A stretch of 64,000 nucleotides of DNA. It comes from the human T2T-CHM13v2.0 reference genome, Homo sapiens. The translations under genes and the position numbers were made by a program. Under the pieces are notes generated by a model. That model did no database searches and was not told the origin of the DNA. It saw only the letters and a list, made by a program, of their open reading frames with translations. The DNA is taken from assembly GCF_009914755.1 (NCBI RefSeq), contig NC_060939.1; one strand, 5' to 3'. Of the stretch, positions 34,191-56,608 are shown piece after piece; within the stretch, counting starts at the first letter, position 1, and every line of letters begins with the position of its first letter.

Positions 34191-34957
34191 CATATTTTTA
34201 GTAGAGACGGGGTTTCACCATGTTGGCCAGGCTAGTGTCCAACTGGCCTCAAGTGATCTGCTCACCTCAGCCTCCCAAAGTTGTGCTTTTTCGTTTCTCT
34301 CTCTAGGAGAGCCTTAAAGATCTATGTTTCATTTGTAGCCATTTCTGGGAATTCTTGGCACCTGAACTGAGATCCTCATTACCCATTGTTGTTAGAAATA
34401 ACATGTTCAAAAGAGGTATAAAACGCGTTTTTAGTTTTTTAAAAGTTTTTTATTGGACATTTACCACACACACTCACACACTGCATTCAAAACTCGCTGG
34501 CAAACTGTGGTCGTAGGGAGTTACCAAAAATAGTTTCTCAGACTGATTCCTTTGGTTAGTAGCTATAGAATTTTTCCCCATGGACTTTGAGTTCCAAATA
34601 ACAGACCCTTAAGAGAATCATGTAATTAGTGGATGATAGAGCTACGTTAATATTTACTCCCTGATTTCCTAGCCTAAAGTAGATTGGAAGAAGGAAGTTG
34701 GATGTAATAGAGAGGTTGGTGATAAGGGAAAGACTACTGCAGAAGGCAGACATATTAATGACGAGAAAAAGTAACTGCTGACAGCCAAAGAGGAGACCGA
34801 GAAGCAAAACACAGAAACTCAGCAGAGTAGTTTGGTCTCAATTAAAGAGGGCCATTAACCCCTAATATCTCAGGAACCTTCAAAGGGACATCTCTTTACC
34901 ACACCACAGAATAATTGTATCTAGAATAATGACCCTGAGTCATCAAGAAAATTTTAA

Positions 34958-35438
<481 letters not shown>

Positions 35439-35614
35439 TAAACAACCTTTGAATGCCTAATATTAATAAAAGTATTTCTTTTTTATCTGGCTCTCATTTA
35501 TATCTTTGTTTCAGTGAGAGTTCATTCTGAGGCCAGAGCCTGAACATAAATACAGTTCCCCTCTGGCCTCATAATCTGTTCCTCAAGGTGCAGACGGTCT
35601 ATGTCAGGGATTAT

Positions 35615-35826
35615 TAGCAAGTTAGGATTCGGTTACCAAATCCAGTCCCACTTCTGGTTTTTATAATACAGTTTTATTGAAACACAACTATGCCTATTTG
35701 TTTACATATTGTCTGGGGCTCTTTTTCTACTATAAGAGTTGAGACGTTATGACGGAGACTGTGTGGCCTGCAAAGCTTTAAATATTTACTATCTGTCCCT
35801 TACTTTAAAAGCCTGCCAATCCCCAG
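35615..35826. mobile_element. MER58A-like hAT-Charlie element
   Basis: gttttattgaaacaca...tgtggcctgcaaagc...aaatatttactatctg. Confidence 0.75.
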
Positions 35827-35829
35827 TCT

Positions 35830-36660
<831 letters not shown>

Positions 36661-37119
36661 GCATGTATGTGTGCTAATCTGTACTTTACCCTGGTTAGTT
36701 AGGGTGTATTTGTATCCAGTTAGGGTATAGTTGTCAACATCAATCAGGATTGAAAATTGGGATTAAAATAAGATTTAAAAGCAGCATATAGGCAAATGCT
36801 GATGTTTCCATTTGGAAACTCAATGCTACTGGAATATTCAGGTACACTTCATCTCTTCCCCTTTCTCTTTTGTTGTCTCTTATGCTGAGGGCAAGCATCT
36901 GGCCTTATTTATCCTTATTCTCTAGTACTTAGTCCAGCACATTCCATAAAGTTGGCTCTTAATAAACATTTGCTGCCAACCCAGGAGTGGACCTCAGCAT
37001 TTCTTCACTGTTTTTGTAACTTCAATACTTCACAGAATGCTTGGCAAATAATAGATGCTCAATAAATATTCGTTCAAGGTAGGAATGAATTATTTGTCTA
37101 CCTAGGGTAGACATTATTC

Positions 37120-37572
37120 CAGGTTATCTGTTATGTAACAAATTAACCTAAAACATAGTTGTCTAAAACAATAAATATTATCTCACAGAGTTTCTGTGGC
37201 TCAGGAATTCAGGAGTAGCTTAACTGGGTGGTCTGACTCAGGGTCTCTCATGAGGTTGTAGTCAGTTGTTGACTGGGGCTGCCATCATCTGAAAGCATAT
37301 CTGGGGCTGGAGGATCCTCTTCCAAGTTGCTTCACTACATGACTATTGGCAGAGGGCTTCAGTTGCTGGCCTCGTGGACTTCTCCATAGGGCTGCTTAAG
37401 TGTTCTCACAAAATGGCTGCTGTCATCCCTAAGGGAAGAAATCCCAGAGAGAAAGCAAGGAGGAACCCCCAATAATACCTTTTATCACCTTGTCTCAAAA
37501 GTCATGCACCATCACTTCTGCAAGTTGCTAAAGGCAGCTCACACTCCAGGGGATGAGAATTAGGCCCCATCT
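37120..37572 (-). mobile_element. MLT1 (MaLR) LTR
   Basis: atctcacagagtttctgtggctcaggaattcaggag...tcagggtctctcatgaggttg. Confidence 0.8.
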
Positions 37573-44203
<6,631 letters not shown>

Positions 44204-44239
44204 GGAATTAAAATGCCAAAAAAAAACCCTATATAAAAC

Positions 44240-44760
44240 ATAATTTTTCTTTTATCAGATTGGCAAAGAACAAAATGAGAACATCATGTTGCCAAAGGAA
44301 AAGGGCAAGAGGTATTCATGGGCTACTATAAATGGGTATATGAATGAGTATGTCCTCTTTGAGGCAATTTGGAGGTGGTTTGGCCGTATTTGTGAGAACT
44401 CCAAATACAAGTGCACTGTGATTAACAGTTTTACTTACAGGAATTCATCTTACAGACATATTTGTGTAGGTAAAATGAAGCATTTGTACAAGATTATTCA
44501 TTGCAGTTTATTTGTAATAGCAGAAGATTGAAACAACCTAAATGTCCGTTCAAATGCTGCCATTGAAAAGAATGAAGTAGTTCTCTGTCTACACATATGG
44601 AATGATCCAAAATATTTGGGTACATGAAAAAAGCAGTGTGCAGAACATTGTGTGTATATTGCTATCATTTAAGGAAGAATATATGAACATATTTGCATAT
44701 ATACATATAAAATATCTGTGGAAGACTTTTGGATGTTTCCAAGTAGGGGAACTGGAAGAC
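44240..44760 (+). mobile_element. L1ME-type 3' fragment
   Basis: atcagattggcaaaga, ttcattgcagtttatttgtaatagca, aaacaacctaaatgtcc. Confidence 0.7.
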
Positions 44761-45571
44761 TGAAGAACAGTTATGGAAGGGACACTTCATTTTATATTAG
44801 GGTTTGTTGGAGATTTTTTTTGGTTGAGGTGTGGGGACTACCTTTTGAATTTTGGAGTAAGGCTACATTACCTAGTCAAAAGCTTTATTTTTTTATTTTT
44901 TATTTTTTTTTGAGACGGAGTCTCACTCTGTCACCCATGCTGGAGTGCAGTGGCGCAATCTTGGCTCACTGCAAACTCCACCTCCTGGGTTCAAGTGATT
45001 CTCCTGCCTCACTCTCCTGAGTAGCTGGGATTACAGGCATGCACCACTATGCCCAGCTAATTTTTGTAATTTTAGTAGAGACAGGTTTTCCCCATGTTGG
45101 CCAGGCTGATCTTGAGCTCCTGGCTGCAAGTGATCTGCCTGCCTTAGCCTCCCAAAGTACTGGGATTACAGGCGTGAGCCACCACTCCCGGCCAAAAAAA
45201 AATTTTTTTAATTATCCAGGTGTGGTGACATGCTCTTGTGATCCCAGCTACTTGGGAGACTGAGGTGGGACGATCGCTTGAGGCTGTACTCCAGCCTGGG
45301 CAACAGAGCAAAACCCCATCTCCAAAAATAAAAATAAAATGTGTCTTGACAAAACCATGAAGTCTTTACAACTGTTACCCATCCTAAGGGACCTCAGTAG
45401 CATTGTAGGCAATTCCTATGGAACTATTCTGGCCCAATCCTATTTGTCCCATTGGTACCCAGAGTACCTCCTAAACCCTCTTATAGAAGTCAGAGTGCTG
45501 ATCAAAAGAATACTATTCTCAGTGGCAAATGGGGTGTGTCTTGTCTATATCTATGTGCTCTTATTTTCCAG

Positions 45572-45659
45572 GGATGTTGGTGGTAAATGTAACGTGGAGG
45601 AACAAGACATATGTAGGTACACTCCTTGACTGCACACGACATGATTGGGCACCCCCAAG
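45572..45659 (+). CDS. ZNF609: ZNF609 internal coding exon (88 nt), (G)[28 protein letters not shown](R)
   Basis: Acceptor ttattttccag|GG and donor AAG|gtaagc. The peptide is the conserved ZNF608/ZNF609/Brakeless motif and splices in frame (AG|G) to the next exon. Not captured by the ORF track. Confidence 0.96.
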
Positions 45660-45728
45660 GTAAGCACTTACAGCTATTTAGTTTATATTATTCTGAACCA
45701 CACTAATTGGTGATCCCTTATACTTTTA

Positions 45729-46138
<410 letters not shown>

Positions 46139-46216
46139 TTAAAGTGTTCGGGGGGCCGGGTACGGTGGCTCACGCCTGTAATCCTAGCACTTTGGGAGGC
46201 CAAGGCGGGTGGATCA

Positions 46217-46462
<246 letters not shown>

Positions 46463-46488
46463 TTAAAAAAAAATAAAGTGTTCAGCGG

Positions 46489-46595
46489 GTGCTCACTTCA
46501 GTGGTACATATACTAAAATTGGACCAATACAGAGAAGATTAGCATGGCCCCTGCACAAGGGTGACATGCAGATTCGTTAAGTGTTTTATATTTTT
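46489..46595 (+). pseudogene. U6 snRNA retropseudogene
   Basis: 107-nt diverged full-length U6 with ACAGAGA box and AGC triad retained and CpG-decay substitutions. A-rich tail, TSD aagtgtt.agc/ggg. An Alu lies upstream instead of PSE/TATA. Confidence 0.94.
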
Positions 46596-47193
46596 AAAAT
46601 TAGGAAAAAAAAGTGAAGTGTTGAGGGGATGCACTTTGACTGGAATTATTAAAGTCACCTTGAGACCAAAGCTATAACATCTAACCATGGGTGAGCAAAC
46701 ATTCATTGATGATAGCTATTTCTCAGAAATTTGAACTCAAGAACATTTTTAGTTTTATAAACTCTACTAGAACATACGGGTTTCACAAGGACCTTTTCAT
46801 GTCGCAATTTGACCTTTAGATGGATATTTCAATCAATGGCCCCTTATAGCTTTTTCCTAATATTAGTACTCAGTTCGTCAGGGTTTGGGAAATCCAGGCG
46901 TTGAGGGTAACTTGCAACTAACATACAGGTAACATCCTAGGAGCTTACCAATTAATGCAATTCCCATGCAGTCACAAGTTTCTTTGTTGGATCATATTCA
47001 TTGAAAATGGTAGTTATTATCTGAACAGTTCTTTTAGGAAAAGTATCTTAAACCTTCATCTGCCCATTGTTCCCATGAAACAAAGATGGGCAGAAATGTC
47101 CCAAGGAAAGGTATTTTAAAGTTCTTGATTCCATACCACTTTCTTATTCTCAGATGTGATTATTCTCTACCGAGGGCTATTTATGCCTCTTAA

Positions 47194-47443
<250 letters not shown>

Positions 47444-47546
47444 TAGCCAGGATGGTCTCGATCTCCTGACCTCGTGATCCTCCCGCCTCGGCCTCCCAAA
47501 GAGCTGGGATTACAGGCATGAGCCACCGCACCCAGCCCAAGGCTTA

Positions 47547-47900
<354 letters not shown>

Positions 47901-47972
47901 TCAGAAGCAGGCCAGGTGCAGTGGCTCACGCCTGTAATCTCAGCACTTTGGGAGGCCGAGGCGGGTGGATCA

Positions 47973-48233
<261 letters not shown>

Positions 48234-49141
48234 TTAGTAAAGTTCTTTATGCCCTCCCTTTGCATTTCTGAGAAACCTATTGGAAGGACTTATTTCTGCT
48301 TTGGGCATGCAAGAATCCAGAGAGATAGGAGCTGAGTGAGTAGGTTGATAACAAGGAAGCAGTAAGTAGCTTTACAGTAGAACTGTTCTGGGAACCCAAA
48401 GGAGATATTTGACAAAATTTGCCTCTTTTCTGCAATAGCTATGGTTCCCACTGTCTTAGAAACAACCTACTCCAGCTGCCCCCTGGAACAAGAGAGTCAA
48501 AACCATCTTTAGATTTACAAGGGAACCAATCTTAGCTAAAGGTTTAATTCTAGGCAGTGTTTTAAGCTCCATGAAAAGCTACTTTAGGGCCTATGAGGAG
48601 TGACCCCTAGGTGCAGATCTCCAGACATTCAAAGAACTCATGTACTCTTGGTTATATCTGATGTTTAGGGAACTCTTAAATGGATAGGTGCTTTGTTCTA
48701 CCTTTCTATATCTTCATAGTGAGGTATGTAAGAAAAAGGCATTGGGCTAAAAGTAGAGCTAGAGTCTTGTTGTATGTTGCCATTAATCAGTGATGTTACC
48801 TTGGACAAGTCATTTAGCATGCCTGGCCTCAATTTCCTGTAGGATCTCTAACATCTTTTCTGAAACCATGACTATGGCTGTATATAGGAAATGTTGACTT
48901 GACTATCTTACGGAACAGATTCTGCATGGTTTTAGAGGTAAATGTTTGGGAATAATTTGCAGCTAACGTGTATCCCAGGAGTTCACCATTTAGTGCAATT
49001 CACAATCAGAATTTCTTTTAACAAATCATATTCATTGAAAATGATAGTCACCATCTGGACAGTTCTGGAGGCTACAGCTAAACTGCTTTGAAGATGTTTT
49101 CTCTTCTTAATAATATTCTGTTGTGTTTATCCTTTGCCAAG

Positions 49142-51482
49142 GTTCTGTGACTCCCCGACCAGTGACCTGGAAATGCGCAATGGCCGGGGTAGAGGCAAAC
49201 GCATGCGTCCCAACAGTAATACACCTGTCAATGAGACAGCCACAGCCTCTGACAGCAAAGGGACCAGTAACAGCAGCAAAACCCGGGCAGGAGCCAATAG
49301 CAAAGGCCGTCGGGGCAGCCAGAATTCTTCAGAGCACCGCCCACCTGCCAGCAGCACTTCTGAGGATGTCAAGGCCAGCCCTTCCTCAGCTAATAAGCGG
49401 AAAAACAAACCCCTTTCAGACATGGAGCTGAATTCTAGCTCAGAGGACTCCAAAGGGAGCAAGCGTGTCCGTACTAATTCCATGGGCTCAGCCACTGGCC
49501 CCCTTCCTGGGACAAAGGTAGAACCCACTGTTCTGGACAGAAACTGCCCCTCCCCCGTCCTAATTGACTGTCCCCACCCAAACTGCAACAAGAAGTACAA
49601 GCACATCAATGGACTTAAGTACCACCAAGCTCATGCCCATACAGATGATGACAGCAAGCCGGAAGCGGATGGGGACAGTGAGTACGGAGAGGAACCTATT
49701 CTCCATGCAGATCTTGGGAGCTGCAACGGTGCATCTGTCTCACAAAAAGGTTCCTTGTCCCCTGCCCGCTCAGCTACCCCCAAAGTTCGACTTGTAGAGC
49801 CCCATAGCCCTTCTCCTTCAAGCAAATTCAGCACAAAAGGCCTCTGTAAGAAAAAGTTGAGTGGGGAAGGGGACACAGACCTTGGGGCCTTATCCAATGA
49901 TGGCTCTGATGATGGACCCTCAGTGATGGATGAAACAAGCAATGATGCCTTTGATTCTTTAGAAAGGAAGTGTATGGAAAAAGAAAAATGTAAAAAACCC
50001 TCTAGTTTAAAACCTGAAAAGATTCCTTCCAAGAGCCTAAAGTCAGCCCGTCCCATTGCCCCTGCCATCCCCCCACAGCAAATCTACACCTTCCAGACAG
50101 CCACCTTCACAGCAGCGAGCCCAGGCTCTTCCTCAGGCTTGACCGCCACAGTGGCACAAGCCATGCCCAACAGTCCCCAACTCAAGCCCATTCAGCCCAA
50201 GCCCACTGTTATGGGAGAACCTTTCACAGTCAACCCTGCCTTGACTCCAGCCAAGGACAAGAAAAAGAAAGACAAAAAAAAGAAGGAATCTTCAAAGGAA
50301 CTTGAAAGTCCTCTGACCCCTGGGAAGGTGTGTCGAGCAGAGGAAGGCAAAAGCCCATTCAGGGAATCTTCAGGAGATGGGATGAAAATGGAGGGGCTCC
50401 TAAATGGCTCATCAGACCCCCACCAAAGCCGACTGGCTAGCATCAAGGCTGAAGCCGACAAGATCTACAGTTTCACGGACAATGCCCCCAGCCCTTCCAT
50501 TGGAGGCAGTAGCCGCCTTGAAAACACTACCCCTACTCAGCCCCTGACTCCCTTACATGTGGTGACCCAGAATGGAGCTGAAGCCAGCTCAGTCAAAACC
50601 AACAGCCCTGCATACTCTGACATCTCTGATGCTGGGGAGGATGGGGAGGGCAAGGTAGACAGTGTCAAATCAAAGGACGCCGAACAGTTGGTTAAAGAAG
50701 GGGCTAAGAAAACTCTTTTTCCCCCTCAGCCTCAGAGCAAAGACTCACCATATTACCAAGGCTTTGAGAGTTACTATTCTCCAAGTTATGCACAGTCCAG
50801 CCCTGGGGCTCTGAACCCCAGCAGCCAGGCAGGAGTGGAGAGCCAGGCCCTGAAGACAAAAAGGGATGAGGAACCTGAGAGCATAGAAGGGAAAGTGAAG
50901 AACGATATCTGTGAAGAAAAGAAGCCCGAGCTGAGCAGTTCCAGTCAGCAGCCCTCGGTCATCCAGCAGCGTCCCAATATGTACATGCAGTCCCTGTACT
51001 ACAACCAGTATGCCTATGTACCCCCCTATGGCTACAGCGACCAGAGTTACCACACCCACCTTCTGAGCACTAACACGGCTTACCGGCAGCAGTACGAAGA
51101 ACAGCAGAAACGCCAGAGCTTAGAGCAGCAGCAGCGGGGAGTGGACAAGAAGGCAGAGATGGGCCTGAAGGAGCGGGAGGCAGCACTCAAGGAAGAGTGG
51201 AAGCAAAAGCCGTCAATTCCACCAACTCTCACCAAGGCCCCCAGCCTGACAGACCTGGTGAAATCAGGACCTGGCAAGGCCAAGGAGCCAGGGGCTGACC
51301 CAGCCAAATCAGTCATCATTCCCAAGTTAGATGACTCTTCAAAACTCCCGGGCCAGGCCCCTGAAGGCCTTAAAGTGAAGCTGAGTGATGCCAGCCACCT
51401 AAGCAAGGAGGCCTCTGAGGCCAAGACAGGTGCTGAGTGTGGTCGACAGGCAGAGATGGATCCAATACTCTGGTACCGACAG
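49142..51482 (+). CDS. ZNF609: ZNF609 large coding exon (2341 nt): C2H2 zinc finger, basic KDKKKKDKKKK tract, PAYSDISD motif
   Basis: Within the 796-aa ORF 49134-51524. Acceptor tttgccaag|G, donor CAG|gtaact. CPHPNCNKKYKHINGLKYHQAHAH at 49569-49640. Protein recognised as ZNF609. Confidence 0.97.
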
Positions 51483-51609
51483 GTAACTGTTGCCCTGGGA
51501 GGAAGTGGAAATACCGTATGGTAATCGTCTATCTTCCTCACAAATAAGGGCTGTCCTTATACAGGGGTTCAACGGAATTGAGATTAGCAGGAGAGATGTA
51601 TAATTTTAA

Positions 51610-52562
<953 letters not shown>

Positions 52563-53341
52563 CATATTAATGTTTTTTAAAAAGCACTTTTATATCCATA
52601 GCAGGTGTTTTTTCCATTTGACAGGAAAGGCCCAGACAAGTTAGCTTAATTTGTCTGGGGTTACTTGAGACCTCACTAGCAGAGCCAGGATTAGAACCCA
52701 GGTATCTCGATTCCTTGTCCGTGTTTCCTCCACTGTTTGGTTCCTATGAAATGAGTTATTGATGGTCTCTCTATTTTTTAGAGTAGGTCCAAAGTATACT
52801 CAGTTACTGAGTTTCTTTAACAAGGATTTTATAGGTTGAGTTAGAACTAGGAACTTGGAATCTCATATCTTGCTCTGCTCATGAGACTTAGAATGTCTTC
52901 CCTTCCCTCTTGGTATAATAGTTATGCTTCCCTCCCTCCTCTGATCTGAGTGTCACTTATAAGCTTTCCAGTCCCTGAGCGTGCTCTGAAAAAGTGAAAC
53001 AATCTAAACATATTGGAAGGGGCAGCCTCTCCTATTTCAGTCGTTTTCCCAGAATGCTTGTTCTTACCTAGAAAACATCCACTGATGCATGGATGGATTT
53101 TCCTTTTCTCCCCCTGCCCCATCTTGTTCCCTGTGGGTGGGTGCAGAGGTGGGGGCGGGGGCTTTTTAACCAAAAGGGAGCAGAGTTGGATTATAAACAA
53201 GATCAGTAGAGGCCAAAATCCTACTCTGCCCCAGGTGTCTAGTACTAATTATCTGCTCTGGTGGTTCTACTGGGACCTTGGGCTTGAAGTATATCTGTCT
53301 TATCTGTACAACACCCAGTCGTTGTTCTGTGATTGTTGTAG

Positions 53342-53708
53342 GAGGCAGAGCCCCGGATGTGGACATATGTTTATCCTGCCAAGTACTCAGACATCAAGTC
53401 AGAGGATGAGCGGTGGAAGGAGGAGCGGGACCGCAAATTGAAGGAGGAAAGGAGTCGGAGTAAGGACTCTGTCCCCAAGGAAGATGGGAAGGAAAGCACA
53501 AGTAGTGACTGCAAGCTGCCCACGTCAGAGGAGTCTCGCCTTGGGAGCAAGGAGCCCCGGCCAAGTGTCCATGTGCCTGTGTCCTCCCCACTTACCCAGC
53601 ACCAGTCCTACATCCCCTACATGCACGGCTATTCCTACAGTCAGTCCTACGACCCCAACCACCCCAGCTACCGGAGCATGCCTGCTGTGATGATGCAGAA
53701 CTACCCAG
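53342..53708 (+). CDS. ZNF609: ZNF609 coding exon (367 nt), EAEPRMWTYVYPAKYSD...MMQNYP
   Basis: Acceptor tgttgtag|GAG (phase 0), donor CAG|gtacag (phase 1). Frame continuous with both neighbours. Confidence 0.95.
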
Positions 53709-54294
53709 GTACAGCACCAAGTGCCAGCACTATTCCATTCACTGGAAGGGGGAATGAAGCACAGATTTCACATCCAGAGTTTTCTTGCTCAGCCCCAAGG
53801 CATATTGAGGCTCGCTTAGATGACGGACCTTTTTTCACTGAGTCATTCTGTGAGGTGGCCACCATAACCCATAGTTCCTTGAATGACCCATAATGATAGT
53901 CTGTGTGACTACCTCTCTCTCCCTTGCTCCAGCTCAAGGATTGTCTCTGTAGTCAGTTTTCATTGCTAACTAAAGGTAAAACTCCTTCTCTGTCACTGCT
54001 GTCTCCCCTCAGCTGGAATTTGTAAACCATATACTCCACGTTTTGCAGTGTGCTAGGCACTGTGGGAGGTACAAAAGAAGTAGAGCCATTGAGTTCCTTC
54101 CACTCCCGGAGCTTACAGCTTAATCATAGTGGAGAGACACAAAGAACAAATAAAATGCAAACCATAACAATGCATGGATTCAGTTGCCAGATCATGTTCA
54201 CCTGTCAAGTAAGAAGAGCCATCTGAAGTCAGACTGGGGGGAGGTCCTGCTAGATTCAGCTTGGAAAAGACAAGCTCTTTATAGTGTTTAAATG

Positions 54295-55130
<836 letters not shown>

Positions 55131-55410
55131 CACTTCTCCAAGATGAATCTGAGACCAGTTCAAAGAACAGTATCAGATCTATGGAAGTTGGAAGCAGGAA
55201 ACAGGGCCATGTTCCTAATATCCCTTAGCTAATTTTTCCTGTAGAGCTCAGTAAAGAAAGGTCAAGCCAACAGTCTCAGCCAAAGACACTATGTTAGAAA
55301 ATACCTCAGCCTGTGCCTAGGAAAGCTGATGCCCACCCAATCAAGCTCACTAAAGCAGAGTTTCCTCTACCTCTCCCATCTCTTTGACTGTTTGATTTCT
55401 CCTTCCACAG

Positions 55411-55586
55411 GTTCCTACCTGCCTTCCAGCTACTCTTTTTCCCCATATGGCAGCAAGGTCTCAGGTGGTGAAGATGCTGACAAGGCACGAGCCAGCCCCA
55501 GTGTGACTTGTAAATCCAGCTCAGAGTCCAAAGCCCTGGACATCTTGCAGCAGCATGCCAGTCACTACAAGAGCAAGTCTCCCACG
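55411..55586 (+). CDS. ZNF609: ZNF609 coding exon (176 nt), GSYLPSSYSFSPY...KSKSPT
   Basis: Acceptor ttctccttccacag|GT, donor ACG|gtaaga. Phase 1 in, phase 0 out. Confidence 0.95.
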
Positions 55587-55787
55587 GTAAGAAAAGTACA
55601 GTGATGCTGGCTGTTACCCAAAGACTAGTAAGGCCAGATCCAGGGTCTGGGAGAAGGTGGGCAAGTTCAGGTCCTGACCACAGTGCAGCTTGGCTGACTT
55701 GACACTAGCAGCCCCCAGGGCATCTTCTTTATTCTTAGGTATCTTGCACTTTTAGGGGTCATAAGGTGGCACCCTGGGCATCTCACT

Positions 55788-55815
55788 TGTGTGTGTGTGT
55801 GTGTGTGTGTGTGTG
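55788..55815 (+). repeat. (TG)14 microsatellite upstream of the 217-nt exon acceptor
   Basis: Read directly from the sequence. Confidence 0.95.
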
Positions 55816-55871
55816 GTTGTATGCATATGTGTCTCACTATAGTGCTTTTGTGTCTCTGGTTTCCTTTCCAG

Positions 55872-56088
55872 ATAAGTGATAAAACTTCTCAGGAGAGAGA
55901 TCGAGGAGGCTGTGGGGTGGTTGGGGGTGGTGGCAGCTGTAGCAGCGTCGGGGGAGCAAGTGGGGGTGAACGGAGTGTTGACCGGCCCCGCACCTCTCCT
56001 TCCCAGCGCCTGATGTCCACACACCACCACCACCACCACTTGGGGTACTCATTGCTCCCAGCACAGTACAACTTACCCTATGCAGCAG
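55872..56088 (+). CDS. ZNF609: ZNF609 coding exon (217 nt), Gly-rich segment and His6 run
   Basis: Acceptor ttcctttccag|ATA, donor CAG|gtaagc. Encodes ISDKTSQERD...THHHHHHLGYSLLPAQYNLPYAA. Confidence 0.95.
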
Positions 56089-56534
56089 GTAAGCCTGTTT
56101 TCCCTACCACCTGTTGTTTTGTCTTGTTTTGTTTTGTTTATCTTCATCCCAGTAGTAATGTCCACAGCTAGGACCCTCCTACCTGCCTCATAAGAATCCT
56201 TTTTTAATTTTTTTTTTTTGAGCTTCTAATCTGTGCACAGTCCTAACCTCCTGCAGTCATTAAAGCATATGATATTTATTCCTCCCTTGGAGTTTGGGGA
56301 CTCTTAAATTCCTCCAGAATACTGGCCTTGATAGTCAGAAGAATATGGAACAGGTGTTCCCCAAAGGCAAAGAGAAACAATCAGCTGAGAAATAGAGCCT
56401 TATTATCTATCTCCAGCAAATATATCTGGCTGAGTATCAGATTTTTTTTTCTGTCAGCACCCCAAAACTCAGGGAAAAAGATTAATGGAAGGTTTCTGTG
56501 AGTGCTACACTAACATGTTCTCCTGCTTATTCAG

Positions 56535-56608
56535 GGCTTTCTTCTACAGCCATTGTTGCCAGCCAACAAGGCTCAACTCCCTCACTCTACCCACCCCCCA
56601 GGAGGTGA
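56535..56608 (+). CDS. ZNF609: ZNF609 last coding segment, GLSSTAIVASQQGSTPSLYPPPRR*; exon continues to 56613
   Basis: Acceptor cttattcag|GG. TGA at 56606-56608. Donor ATG|gtaagt after 56613. Confidence 0.93.

Noticed and set aside
46489-46595. Functional U6 gene
   Set aside because: No PSE/TATA upstream, many substitutions, and an A-tail with TSD indicate a retrocopy.
47059-47094. Small hairpin tctgcccat...atgggcaga
   Set aside because: A 9-bp stem with a bulge is within chance expectation for 64 kb.
49134-49141. Start of the 796-aa ORF
   Set aside because: The 'M' is a TTG inside the acceptor's pyrimidine tract. The exon starts at 49142, and the tail 51483-51524 is intron.
49123-51541. 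Antisense and alternate-frame ORFs over the big exon
   Set aside because: Expected shadows of GC-rich coding sequence; no recognisable motifs.
52631-52659. 13-bp hairpin cccagacaagtta/taatttgtctggg
   Set aside because: Too short for a pre-miRNA and lies in a MIR remnant; no other support.
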